A stretch of 63,950 nt of DNA, filler included, from Octopus bimaculoides (taxonomy: Eukaryota): the NCBI RefSeq assembly GCF_001194135.2. It is 5 parts of 5 records of this genome, joined end to end, with 100 filler letters (N's around TTAATTAATTAA, not from the genome) between each part and the next. Parts side by side here need not be neighbours in the genome. Positions count along the whole stretch, not along the records: positions 45,696 to 52,488 come from NC_068982.1; positions 52,589 to 61,755 come from NC_069008.1; positions 61,856 to 63,950 come from NW_026396426.1; 2 more parts are not named here. The stretch is one strand, 5' to 3'. Shown piece after piece: positions 52,099 through 63,950 of this stretch. Position numbers and translations under genes: made by a program. Under the pieces are notes generated by a model, which made no database searches, was not told where the DNA came from, and saw only the letters and a program-made list of their open reading frames with translations. Every line of letters starts with the position of its first letter. Positions within the stretch are counted from its first letter, which is position 1.

Positions 52099-52350
52099 AT
52101 CCCGAAGGACCTGAGAGACCTGCATGGGGTGGATGTAGGTGTCTTCAAAATAAAGCTGGACCTCTTCCTGTCAAGTGTCCCAGATGAACCAACTGCGCGG
52201 CAGGAGGTACAGATGAGGGCAGCTGCATCAAACTCGCTCATGCACCAAATGTTAATTCCTGAAGTAAAATTCGTGAAGTAAAATTATGTAGCAGCACCAA
52301 ATGGCGGTGCCCCAGCATGGCCACAGCTCATGAGCTGAAACTAGATAAAA
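52099..52350 (+). mobile_element. 5'-truncated CR1/L2-like LINE 3' end
   Basis: Open frame IPKDLRDLHGVDVGVFKIKLDLFLSSVPDEP...RAAASNSLMHQ ending TAA at 52281, then 3' UTR shared with SINE B. Confidence 0.7.
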
Positions 52351-52488
52351 GGAAAAAAATGAAAAAATCACCGCCCTTATTCTTTTCTCTTTTTTTTTTT
52401 TTTTTTTCTAACACCATTTTTTGTCGCAACTGATTAGTTGTTAAGCGTGTCGGTCTGATGAGAAAATCAATATATACATATGTGTGTG

Positions 52489-52588
52489 NNNNNNNNNNNN
52501 NNNNNNNNNNNNNNNNNNNNNNNNNNNNNNNNTTAATTAATTAANNNNNNNNNNNNNNNNNNNNNNNNNNNNNNNNNNNNNNNNNNNN
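52489..52588. other. Artificial scaffold-joining spacer
   Basis: Same N44-TTAATTAATTAA-N44 layout. Confidence 0.95.
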
Positions 52589-52619
52589 CCTCTTTTATTT
52601 TTCAAAATTAAGATAAAGT

Positions 52620-53590
52620 CCTTTTTTAATTTACAATATACTCTATTTCATTTTCTACAATGCTCTTCCATTTATCTAGCAGACTTGCAAGGCCACTCTT
52701 CCAAAATTCATTTGTCTGTGACAAAAAATACTTCTCCAGTACCTCTCTGACTTCGTCTATGGAATTCAAATTTTTCGTCCAAATGATTTTAATGACAGCA
52801 GAATAAATGATAATCTGATGGGGCAATGTCCAGCGAATATGGTGGGTGGGGCATCGTTTCCCATTCAAACTGCTCTAGCCTTTGGAATGTCATCCTAGCT
52901 GTATGTGGCTGAGCCTTATCTTGATGGAAGAACACCTTTCGTCTTGAAACCAAACACAGTTGTTTATCTTCTTGTGCTGACTTAAGCTGCTTACAGTAGA
53001 TCTCCGGTGTTATCATTTGATCTGGGTTTAAAAATTCAAATTGGACAAAACCGTTCACATCCCACCAAGACATCTTACATGGACGAAGACCTTCTTTAGT
53101 GTTTCTCCTTTCCCTACCCACTGTCTTTGGCACTTGATATTTCTATAGAGAACCCATTTCTCACCACCAGTCACTATTCAGTCCAAAATGGTTCATTTGT
53201 GAGACATGACAGCAAAGAAGAGCACACATTCACTCTCTTGGAAAGTTTGTGAGGAACCCATTGACCCAATTTGCTGATTTTTCTGATGGTATGCAGGTGT
53301 CGATTAATAGTTGAATGGCCAAATCCAAGTTTCTCTGCTAGTTCATCAACAGTTACAATAGGACTTTGTTCCATCAGGTTTTGCAGGATGTCCTTGTCAA
53401 GCTCTACAGGTCTTTCAGGAAGTGGCTCATCTCATAGGCTGTAGTTTCTGGCTCAGAATTTCTGGAACCACCATTGATGCTGGCTTACATTTATCATCTG
53501 ATCCCCATTTACTGCATTAATATTCCTCACATTTCCCATTATGTTGTTGCTTTTATTGAATTCATAAAGCAAAATATGCCAAATATGCCA
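52620..53590 (-). mobile_element. Defective mariner transposon
   Basis: HILLYEFNK, WWFQKF, LGQWVPHKLS, WWD, QDKAQPH and HPPYSLDIAPSDYHLF motifs. Confidence 0.9.
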
Positions 53591-53594
53591 AAAA

Positions 53595-54064
53595 TTACAG
53601 TGGATGTATATGTCAACCTATTGAACGAAACGCTGAGTGAACTTGCAATTAAGCAACTGAGATTGGTCAACAGAGACAGGCCAATTCTTTTGCAAAACAA
53701 TGCTCAACCACATGTTGCACAAAGAATGCTACTCAAGTTACAGGAACTGAACTTGGAAGTACTCTGTCATCCATCATATTCACCTGACCTTGCACTAAAT
53801 TGACTATCACATTTTCTAGGCATTAGACAACTTTTTGCAAAGAAAATAAATTCAAATCTGAAGATGTGTAAACAGCCTTTCATGATTTCATCACCTCTTG
53901 CTCTCCAGAATTCTTTGCTGCTGGCATAAATAAGCTACCGATAAAATGGCAAAATTGTGTTGATAATTTAGGTGCATACTTTGATTAACTGCATTGCTTT
54001 TTGTTGAGATCAAGTAAAATAAACTTTCAGTTCAAAATTGGACATTTCATTTTCTTAATGACCT
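53595..54064 (+). mobile_element. Mariner 3' half of a different family
   Basis: ILLQNNAQPHVA, HPSYSPDLA, GINKLPIKWQNCVD motifs and terminal ttcattttcttaatgacctga. Confidence 0.85.
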
Positions 54065-56144
54065 GAAATATACAGGGTGATTGAAAAGTATCTCCCTATT
54101 TTAAAATATTTATTTATTAANNNNNNNNNNNNNNNNNNNNNNNNNNNNNNNNNNNNNNNNNNNNNNNNNNNNNNNNNNNNNNNNNNNNNNNNNNNNNNNN
54201 NNNNNNNNNNNNNNNNNNNNNNNNNNNNNNNNNNNNNNNNNNNNNNNNNNNNNNNNNNNNNNNNNNNNNNNNNNNNNNNNNNNNNNNNNNNNNNNNNNNN
54301 NNNNNNNNNNNNNNNNNNNNNNNNNNNNNNNNNNNNNNNNNNNNNNNNNNNNNNNNNNNNNNNNNNNNNNNNNNNNNNNNNNNNNNNNNNNNNNNNNNNN
54401 NNNNNNNNNNNNNNNNNNNNNNNNNNNNNNNNNNNNNNNNNNNNNNNNNNNNNNNNNNNNNNNNNNNNNNNNNNNNNNNNNNNNNNNNNNNNNNNNNNNN
54501 NNNNNNNNNNNNNNNNNNNNNNNNNNNNNNNNNNNNNNNNNNNNNNNNNNNNNNNNNNNNNNNNNNNNNNNNNNNNNNNNNNNNNNNNNNNNNNNNNNNN
54601 NNNNNNNNNNNNNNNNNNNNNNNNNNNNNNNNNNNNNNNNNNNNNNNNNNNNNNNNNNNNNNNNNNNNNNNNNNNNNNNNNNNNNNNNNNNNNNNNNNNN
54701 NNNNNNNNNNNNNNNNNNNNNNNNNNNNNNNNNNNNNNNNNNNNNNNNNNNNNNNNNNNNNNNNNNNNNNNNNNNNNNNNNNNNNNNNNNNNNNNNNNNN
54801 NNNNNNNNNNNNNNNNNNNNNNNNNNNNNNNNNNNNNNNNNNNNNNNNNNNNNNNNNNNNNNNNNNNNNNNNNNNNNNNNNNNNNNNNNNNNNNNNNNNN
54901 NNNNNNNNNNNNNNNNNNNNNNNNNNNNNNNNNNNNNNNNNNNNNNNNNNNNNNNNNNNNNNNNNNNNNNNNNNNNNNNNNNNNNNNNNNNNNNNNNNNN
55001 NATATATACATATACATATACACACACATGCACATGTGTGTATATATACACACACATGTATACGAATATTTGTTTGGTAATCTGAGACTGTGTTAAAACA
55101 TCTACATTTACATCTCAGGAGAGACATTTTAACCAATTAAGCTTGCAGTGGATTTGCGGCAGTGATCAGATTTTAAAGTACAATAATACTTTTTGACAAT
55201 TGATAGTAGGCAATGCTATTAAGAAATAAATTCAAGTGAATGGAATAGTTTATGTCTTCCTAAATGGCTAAAAGGTCTCTTCCACAGTATAATTCCATGT
55301 AGCTATTCATTCATTCATTCATTTGTTCATTCATTCATTCATTTGTTCATTTTATATTTGTCGTCAATGTAAGCATGAGATGAATGCATTTAACTGAGGC
55401 ATTGTTTTACCAATAAAAGCTCTTCCTGTTGCTCACCTTTATCTGCTTTGAAAATTATGGTTTTTTTTTTTATTCCTTTCATTTTTAAAAGTGCAAAGCA
55501 AGAGAATGATATTAATCAAGAATGCCAACAAACAAGCAATACAATTTTGAGCCAAGTGCTTTCATGTGAGAAGCACGGGATGTAAACATTCACCCTGACA
55601 CACATGTAAGCACACATTCACACATACACATGTTTATGCACACACGTGTACACATATACATAGACACGGCAGGCTTCCAAACTGTTTCCATTTACCAAAT
55701 AATCTCACAAGTCATCGGTCAGCTTGAAACAACAGTAGAAGACACTCGCCAAGGTGCCACCCAGTGAGATAGAATCCACGATCATGTGGTAATGAAGTGA
55801 ACTTTATGTGCATATTTCCACATTCATGCATGTATGTATACAGGGATGACAGCTAAGTCATCTCCCAAAATATGAAGTTAATAAATTGTAAAAAGATCTA
55901 ATAAAAATAAAATGCTAAATTTGAACACTAGAAAACACTCCTCTTACCGCAACCAAATAAACTACTTTTCTCTATAAACATCATTGATAATCTAGGGTGC
56001 TAGAGTATTGAGAGAACAGTTAGGCATAAGAGGAATGAGATGTGATGAAACTGTTCTGATTTGGTTATGTGATGTGTATAGATGAAGACAATTGCATAAA
56101 AATATGCTGATTACTTAAAGTGAAGTAAACTTGTGGAAGAAGGA

Positions 56145-56228
56145 GAAAGACATAGGACAAAGAAAGACATAGGACAAAGAAAGACATAGGACAAAGAAAG
56201 ACATAGGACAAAGAAAGACATAGGACAA
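56145..56228. repeat. 17-bp minisatellite (CATAGGACAAAGAAAGA), about 4.7 copies
   Basis: Near-perfect tandem copies read directly. Confidence 0.95.
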
Positions 56229-56859
56229 AATTTGGAGTGCATTACTAAGGAGATGACAAAGAACCAAGATGTCTGGTGCTTTGCTGTGCTTAAGAAAATC
56301 CATTTACCATAGCAGAATCAATATCCTAAAGCCACCTTGATAAATGCTTGTAAATATGAGACCTCTGCTCCACCTCCATTTTCTCTCTCTCTCTCTCTTA
56401 CTCTCTACCTCTCTTCTCATCAAGCATTTCTCCTACATCTTATCCCCTACCACTAACTTCTTTATCTGTGGCATTATTCAACCACTGTAATCACCTGAGA
56501 GCAGAATAGGCACAAACTTCATCCGCCACCTTCCTCATCTTCACCTAAGAACCATTTCCACTTATCATTATCTTCCTTGCCTACTGTTTCCACCAATCAC
56601 CTCCTTCAGCCACTGCTCTCTCTCTCTCTCTCTCTCTCTCTCCCCATCTCTCTTTCTCTCTGTCTTCTTCTCTAACTCTCTCTCTCCTTTGTCTTCTTGG
56701 GCAAGACTCTTATCTCTATTATTCCTTGAACCTCTCATGAACTGGCATAAAGCAACCTCCCTCAATACTATTCCACTTCCCAGTTGAGGAGTCTTTCTCT
56801 TGCAAGTCACTTGATGAGTCTGCCAATGCTCACCATCAAAAAGCATCCAACTATTCTCT

Positions 56860-57007
56860 GTAAAGTGGTTGGTATTAAGAAGAAACCATTCCAAAAGAGA
56901 CAGTAGAGCTCTGTGTAACTCCTTGGGCAAGTGTCTTCTACAATAGCTTTGAGCTGACCAAAGTCTTGTGCGTGAATCTGGTAGATGGAAACTGAAAGAA
57001 ACCCATC

Positions 57008-57068
<61 letters not shown>

Positions 57069-57275
57069 TGTGTTCCCCCACCATCACATAACAACTGATG
57101 TTGGTGTATTTACATCCCTGTAACTGAGCAGATCAGCAAAAGACAAATAGAATAAGTACTAGGCTTACAAAGTATAAGTCCTGGAGTTGATTTGTTCGAC
57201 TATAGGTGGTGCTCCAGCATGGCCACAGTCAAATGACTGAAACAAGTAAAAGAGTAAAAAAGTAAAGAGTAAGCT
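56860..57275 (+). mobile_element. Family B SINE with internal (TG)n
   Basis: ccttgggcaagtgtcttcta core; tail ggtggtgctccagcatggccacagtcaaatgactgaaacaagtaaaagag. Confidence 0.85.
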
Positions 57276-57299
57276 CTAAAAGCAAGCAGTTTTAAAGAC

Positions 57300-57940
57300 A
57301 AACTATAGTATATACCGACACTATCACAAATGAACAAGAAGAAAAACATTATTTAGTTCAATCCATTTTTAAGTTTAGATGTAACAACATGTATAGTACA
57401 CATCTTCCCAACACTAACTTGTAAACACTTTCTAACAAAAGATAAATATTACCTGCTAGACAGAAGTTATACAAAAGTTTGCTATAGCTGCACAAAAATA
57501 TTAAAACATACTACAAAACCACTAAACAACATACCTAGGAGTACACAACACATAGTCATAAAGTTTTGCAACTGCACCAGAACAAGGACATGTCCATTTT
57601 ATTGAAACTCTTTACAAACATAATCTACAAAACAGCAGTGTCACAAGCTGGACTGTTTGGAAAAAACATTGGTGCAACAAGAGCAACCTTCAAATGAAGA
57701 CATGTACAACATGCACACACCTGTCTAAGCAGATCTGTGAATTAAAAGAAAAAAAACATTACTGCAACTATATAGTGAAAAATAATAGATTGTGCACCAT
57801 CATATAAAAGTGGTTCTGTAATCTGTCTCTGTTGCATCACAAAAAAATACTACTTATTCACACAAAACAACCCTTATTAAAATAAGAAGAAATGGATTAT
57901 TTCACACAGCAGACCCAAAATTATATTTATCTCTGATACC
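57300..57940 (+). mobile_element. Penelope-like GIY-YIG endonuclease remnant
   Basis: YSCTKNIK, IGATRATFK, ELKEK...KIIDCAPSYKSGSVICLCC segments typical of PLE C-termini; heavily decayed. Confidence 0.6.
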
Positions 57941-58404
57941 ATAGTTTTAAAAGATTATGAAGGTATGGATTTGAAAGTGTTCTAGAAAGGTTACAACATT
58001 TTTTGGTGCATCGAAAATATTGTAGCAATATGAGAGAATATAAATTTTAAATGGAATGAAGCAGTCTCAAACGTTGTGATAAGGCATTTACTAGCTTTGA
58101 TGAAGTGGAACTATTAGATGGAATTAAAAATAATGTGGAATTAGCCAAAGCTCTTCAAGTTTATACTTGAACTGGATGTTTTAGTGCAGTTATTGGACTA
58201 TGAATCTAAGGAGCTGTCCAATGGGGACCTCACTGAAATAGAAGCAGAAAGAATTATTGACAAAAAAGAAAGAAGAGAAATAAAATAAACCAAGGAATTT
58301 GCTTATTGTGAAGAGAATGGCAGATACATGTTCTCATTTCAATAAAGGTCTTATCTAGTTGGAAATGAAGGACCAGAATATCAAAAGATTTCCTAAACTC
58401 AAGA

Positions 58405-58665
58405 GAGATATTGGTTTCAAATTTTGGCACAGGGCCAGCAAGTTTGGGGAAGGGAGATATGTACAACTGGTGCTAGTGTACAACTGGTGCTAGTGTACAA
58501 CTGGTACTAGTGTACAACTGGTGCTCATTTTATCAACAGTCCCCCACCCCGCCCAAAGAATGAAAGGCAAAGTTGGCCTTGGCAGAATTTGAACTCAGAG
58601 CATGAAGACAGGCAGACAATGCTGCTAAGCATTTTGCCTGGTGTGCTGATGATTCTGCCAGCTTA
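58405..58665 (-). mobile_element. Family A SINE carrying an internal 17-bp tandem array (TGTACAACTGGTGCTAG x4, 58460-58526)
   Basis: gatattggtttcaaattttggcacagg tail and gatgattctgccagct head flank the array. Confidence 0.8.
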
Positions 58666-59786
58666 ATTGAAAAAGAAATATGAAAGAAGCAGTTTGTTAT
58701 TAATGAAAAATATTTGAAGACAAAAAAGACAGAATTCAAGAAAAATTCAAAAGCCTTTTCTAGAAGATTACAAAAATATTTTCCATTTTCATTCTAAACC
58801 CAGCAAACAACCCCCTTATTGTCCCTGACTTACAAAATTTGTGTTACAAATTATTGATTTACTGTTGGGGCCTCCAGTAAATTTTAAGTTTCTAGAAGTA
58901 ATACTACTATGACTATCATGAGCTGGCTACGTAACAATTTAGCAGTTAAATTGACCATATCCAGCCAAAATCTTCAGCATGTTTTATGTTCAAATCTGAC
59001 TCTCACACCTATCCTACAATGTCAATCATCATCATCATTATTTAACATCCGTTTTCAATCTAAAATAAGCAATCACATCATCAAAATCTCAACTATGAGA
59101 TGATACATGATTAATACAAAACAATTGAACCACTAATCATTATAGTTGATGGAACAATCTCAACACTAAATGGTTAAATTTACCTGTTTCAAGCTGGACA
59201 CATGTAAATACATTTCTTGATTATTTTACTGTTTATAATCTTTGTGTTTCTCTATGTATGTATTGTGCATGTGAAAGCACTTGGCCTAACGGTTGGGATG
59301 TAGCACTCGTAATCCTACAATTGTTGTCTCAGTTTCCAGACTGGGCAGTATTGTTGTGTTCTAGAGCAATAATGCTTCATTTAACATAACTTCAATCCAT
59401 TCATCTGTAGATGAGTTATATCAATAGCTGGGAAGTTAGCCTTGTGACATACTGGCATTTCATTTAGAGAAGATTGTTGGAATTTCAGTCATTTTACACC
59501 ATAGAAATCTGGCTAAACACCAGCTTTAAGGGTCTTAGGTTCCATGATAGACATAACTACTGTACATGCTTTTACTGAGGCTAATTTAGGTGCAAGTATT
59601 GCAATTTGGGGAGGGCATTAGATGATTATATTGACCCCAATACTTGATAGATATTTTATTTCATCAACTCTGGGGGAAGAAAGCAAATTTAACCTCAGTG
59701 GGATTTGAACTCAGAATGTAAAGAGCTACAACAAATACCACCAAACATTTTGTAGTATTTGAGTGATTCGTCTGTTAGTGTTGCAA

Positions 59787-61020
59787 TACAAGGGTGGGTT
59801 GAAAGGTTCATAGGCTGACTATGAAGGAGTGATGCTAAACCTATGAAATCAAGTATGCATTAATTTCAAAACTTATTATTATTAAGAAGAAACCAAGTAA
59901 ACTAACATCTGAATATTCAAAGAAGTCTTCAAAGGTAATATGGAGCAACTTCTCTTGAAAATGGAGAAAATTTGGCATCATGGTGTTATCAAGTACCTAC
60001 AAAAAAAACTTTGGTTCCCAAAGACATTCATGCTGATGTTGTTCCTACATTAAGATGCTTCAGCTATATCAACAGTGCAAAAGTGGGAAGCTGAATTTAG
60101 GAGGGGAATGGAGTGTCTTGAAGATGACCTAAGGTCTGGATGTCCTGCCACTACCATTATCGAAAAAAACATTGATCATGTTCACTACATACTGATGGAT
60201 GATAGGAAAATGGCTATAAATGAAACAGCCAATGTTTTTAGAATATCCTGCACAATGAAGTTGGTGTGACAAAGGTTTCTGTTCATTGGATACCACGTCT
60301 TCTGACACCTGATCAAAAGTGCACCAGGCTGATCACATCAAGGTAAAATCTAATATTGTTTGAGACAGATTCAGCTGGTTTCCTTGAACGTTTCCTAAGC
60401 CAGGATGAATGCTGGGTTCATCACTTTGAGTTAGAGATAAAGAGACAATCCATGCAGTGGGAACACCCCCCTCCTCATCTGCTCCAAAGAAAGCCAAGGT
60501 CATTTCACCTGCAGGGAAGGTGAAGGCCTCAGTTTTTTGGTATGCAAAAGGCATTGTATTTATTGACTATCTTCAAAAGGGCCACACAATCAATGGAGAG
60601 TACTATGCCAACTTGCTGTGGCAGTTATGTACATCTGTCAAGACTAAACTCCCAGGAAAACAGATGTAAGGGGTCGTGTTTCATCAGGACAGTACTCTAG
60701 CACACAATTCTTTGGTTTCAATGGCTGTTGTGCATGACTGTGGCTTTGAACTGGTGGATCACCTTCTCTATTCTCTTGATTTGGCCCCATCTGACTATTA
60801 TCTATTCCCCAGTATGTAAGAACACTTGGGAACTAGTACCACAGTGATGATGATGTCATATATGTTGTTGATGAATTTTTTGTTGATGACCTATAGGATA
60901 AAAATTTCTAGAAGTATGTGGACTGCAAGTGAGACTATGTTGAAAGATAAACCTCATTTGGACACATTCCATGTGAGTATCTTGGTAAACCTTTGAACTT
61001 CTCAGCTGACCCTAACATTA
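59787..61020 (+). mobile_element. Near full-length defective mariner transposon
   Basis: VQKWEAEFRRG, WIPRLLT, QDECWVHHF, SVFWYAKGIVFIDYL and DLAPSDYYLFP motifs; degenerate TIRs tacaagggtgggttgaaaggttca / tgaacttctcagctgaccctaacatta. Confidence 0.9.
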
Positions 61021-61755
61021 AATGAAACAATAGTTGGCAGATTAAAGAGGAAAAAAAGGTAAAATATATTAGTTTCATATTTTGCCACAAGACCAGCAAG
61101 TTTAGGGGAGGGGCTAAGTCAATTACATCGACCCTAGTGCACAACCGGTACTTATTTTATCAATTCCCGCCCCAAGCATTTTGCCTGGTGTGCTAAAGAT
61201 TCTTCCAGCTTGTTGTTATGAGAGAAAAAAAGGGAAAATATATTAGAAATAGGATGCATATCTATGAAAGAAAAAGAAAAGCATATTGGTAAATAAAGAG
61301 GCCAAATAAAATGCATTACAAAGTGCAGTATATGCTTGAAATGCATGTAAAACACACCTCTCCTCGCAAATGGTCTACAAGTTAACTCCATCTTGACTTA
61401 CTACTGATAGGTTAGGACAAAACCAGTTGTAATCTGGAGAATGCCTACATATTTTTGTTTTTGAGGTTTTTGTTTTTGAGGTTTAAAAATGCACCTGGAT
61501 TTGAAAAAAGTGTAGTTTTTTAAAAATAGATTTATTCACATACATAGCAAACTAGTTTCAACAATTTTTTGTTTATCACTGGTATAAATGTATATAAAAT
61601 GGGGATTATAACATAGTTGAAAACTACGAAGTAAAAACTGAACAAACACGTTTAAACAATCAATTGTTCAATGAGCTTCACATGGATAGATAATATCGAA
61701 GTAAATGTTCAGCGAAGAATATAATAGATGTACATTACTAAAAGTTCAGTCATAT

Positions 61756-61855
61756 NNNNNNNNNNNNNNNNNNNNNNNNNNNNNNNNNNNNNNNNNNNNT
61801 TAATTAATTAANNNNNNNNNNNNNNNNNNNNNNNNNNNNNNNNNNNNNNNNNNNN
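61756..61855. other. Artificial scaffold-joining spacer
   Basis: Same N44-TTAATTAATTAA-N44 layout. Confidence 0.95.
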
Positions 61856-62000
61856 CTCGTCTCAGCTGCTGGTGTTGCCTGTCTCTCTAGGATTTCCTGC
61901 CTCTGATTTTCCCTTATCCTCCGTCTGTAGAGCCTCATTCTTGCGCGAGCAGCTTCCAGTTTTTGTTACTGGTTCATGATAAATGCGGTTTATAAGCACA
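61856..62000 (-). mobile_element. Possible Helitron RepHel N-terminal Arg/Glu-rich repeat
   Basis: An alternative frame reads KLEAARARMRLYRRRIRENQRQEILERQ; composition-level similarity only. Confidence 0.35.
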
Positions 62001-62910
62001 AAAGAAATATAAGATAAAATGTATACAATACACGAAGAAGAATTTGATAAAAATGGACTGTTATAGGCAATTCGGATCTTCTCTGTTTCACTCACAAAAT
62101 TAGCCCCTTTAATTTTGCTCAGATCGTTTTCAATTTTGGTGTATCGTTGCAGTTCTCAATTTTGATTATTCTCATGTAATTACGCTATCTCGTAAATTAA
62201 GACTCTGATGTTATTTGAAATTAAAATTTCAAGATTTGGGTACTTTTAGCCTATCAACAGACAGCAAGGCATTAACAGCTTGTTACCATGACAAAAGCAC
62301 GTTGTTTGTGGACGCACGCATCCGCGCAAGTCAGTGGCAACCGCGATAAGGAAAACAACCCTCCACATTTTGGGTAACATTTTATTTCAATTTCAAAATC
62401 TGTTTTATTTATTTATTTTATTAGATAGAGATATTTGACCGAAGCAGATTATGTTTGAATAACATTTGATTTCAGTTCCTAAATTCGTTTCATNNNNNNN
62501 NNNNNNNNNNNNNNNNNNNNNNNNNNNNNNNNNNNNNNNNNNNNNNNNNNNNNNNNNNNNNNNNNNNNNNNNNNNNNNNNNNNNNNNNNNNNNNNNNNNN
62601 NNNNNNNNNNNNNNNNNNNNNNNNNNNNNNNNNNNNNNNNNNNNNNNNNNNNNNNNNNNNNNNNNNNNNNNNNNNNNNNNNNNNNNNNNTTTCAAATTGG
62701 AAATAGCTCTATTTAGAGCCTTATTTCCAAAAATTCAAAAACATCTCCCTCGATCCTAGCCATATTCTGTAAAACAAATATGGCTAAGGTATTCAACNNN
62801 NNNNNNNNNNNNNNNNNNNNNNNNNNNNNNNNNNNNNNNNNNNNNNNNNNNNNNNNNNNNNNNNNNNNNNNNNNNNNNNNNNNNNNNNNNNNNNNNNNNN
62901 NNNNNNNNNN

Positions 62911-63950
62911 GCATGAACGCAGACAGGTGGTGGAGAAGAGCAATGACTCTGAGTCTACTGTTGCTGCCTCAACCACTACCACTACCACCATCACGTGTAA
63001 AAGCTCTGCTGCCNNNNNNNNNNNNNNNNNNNNNNNNNNNNNNNNNNNNNNNNNNNNNNNNNNNNNNNNNNNNNNNNNNNNNNNNNNNNNNNNNNNNNNN
63101 NNNNNNNNNNNNNNNNNNNNNNNNNNNNNNNNNNNNNNNNNNNNNNNNNNNNNNNNNNNNNNNNNNNNNNNNNNNNNNNNNNNNNNNNNNNNNNNNNNNN
63201 NNNNNNNNNNNNNNNNNNNNNNNNNNNNNNNNNNNNNNNNNNNNNNNNNNNNNNNNNNNNNNNNNNNNNNNNNNNNNNNNNNNNNNNNNNNNNNNNNNNN
63301 NNNNNNNNNNNNNNNNNNNNNNNNNNNNNNNNNNNNNNNNNNNNNNNNNNNNNNNNNNNNNNNNNNNNNNNNNNNNNNNNNNNNNNNNNNNNNNNNNNNN
63401 NNNNNNNNNNNNNNNNNNNNNNNNNNNNNNNNNNNNNNNNNNNNNNNNNNNNNNNNNNNNNNNNNNNNNNNNNNNNNNNNNNNNNNNNNNNNNNNNNNNN
63501 NNNNNNNNNNNNNNNNNNNNNNNNNNNNNNNNNNNNNNNNNNNNNNNNNNNNNNNNNNNNNNNNNNNNNNNNNNNNNNNNNNAAAGAAATCATCGAAAGC
63601 ACAAACAAGAAGCACATATCATACAGACTGATCAACACGAAAACCAAGCGACCGGAGAATTTCTCCACCAAAAAAATTGAAATTTGTCTCAAGNNNNNNN
63701 NNNNNNNNNNNNNNNNNNNNNNNNNNNNNNNNNNNNNNNNNNNNNNNNNNNNNNNNNNNNNNNNNNNNNNNNNNNNNNNNNNNNNNNNNNNNNNNNNNNN
63801 NNNNNNNNNNNNNNNNNNNNNNNNNNNNNNNNNNNNNTGATACCGAGTTATCTTGGACAGAGAGTGACGAAGGTGACAGTAAAGAACATCCCTTCACAAG
63901 CGGAGACGCAGTGGATAATAGGTGCTATATGCCTCGAAATGGAGGAGGCA
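62911..63950 (+). mobile_element. Fragmented candidate L1/Tx1-type ORF1 (sequence islands between N gaps)
   Basis: Open frames HERRQVVEKSNDSESTVAAS, KEIIESTNKKHISYRLINTK and IPSYLGQRVTKVTVKNIPSQ; VTVKNIP is RRM-like as in non-LTR ORF1. Confidence 0.4.

Noticed and set aside
55430-56320. Possible minus-strand microexons (ATAAAG/gtgagc near 55437; GATATTGATTCTGCTATG/gtaaat near 56306)
   Set aside because: Weak polypyrimidine tracts, no recognisable protein context and no transcript evidence
58020-58270. Acidic stretch resembling a pogo/Tigger C-terminus
   Set aside because: Only compositional similarity; no catalytic motif or TIR found
56145-58526. 17-bp tandem arrays as CRISPR-like repeats
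   Set aside because: No spacers between units, eukaryotic context and no cas genes
494-63897. Long ORFs of 150-414 aa in the ORF track
   Set aside because: They are mostly X residues from N gaps or translations of microsatellites (YIYI, THTH, ERER, SLSL)

Overview
Eukaryotic, AT-rich, repeat-dense genomic DNA from a gappy assembly; the SINE, RTE, Penelope and mariner repertoire points to an octopus-like coleoid (inference). The window is five blocks joined by four identical artificial 100-bp spacers (N44-TTAATTAATTAA-N44, starting at 22362, 45596, 52489 and 61756), so adjacency across these points is not biological evidence. The only host gene I can support is a 9-exon internal fragment (1043 nt, about 347 codons, minus strand, 44537 to 23051, all GT-AG, frame-consistent) of nucleoprotein TPR/Megator, including the TPR_MLP1_2-type motif. 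The rest is transposon-derived or unassigned: mariner/Tc1 remnants, a Buster/Charlie hAT, piggyBac-like MITEs, Helitrons, RTE and CR1/L2-like LINEs, Penelope-like elements, tRNA-derived SINEs and microsatellites. Almost all supplied ORFs are spurious (N runs, microsatellites) or TE fragments. The most interesting signals are (1) a ~290-bp dispersed repeat carrying a minimal type I hammerhead ribozyme (retrozyme/Penelope-terminus candidate), (2) two pairs of inverted intronic repeats bracketing frame-symmetric TPR exons (back-splicing, exon-skipping or A-to-I editing candidates), and (3) a 3' tail with a hairpin shared between a LINE and the abundant SINE.
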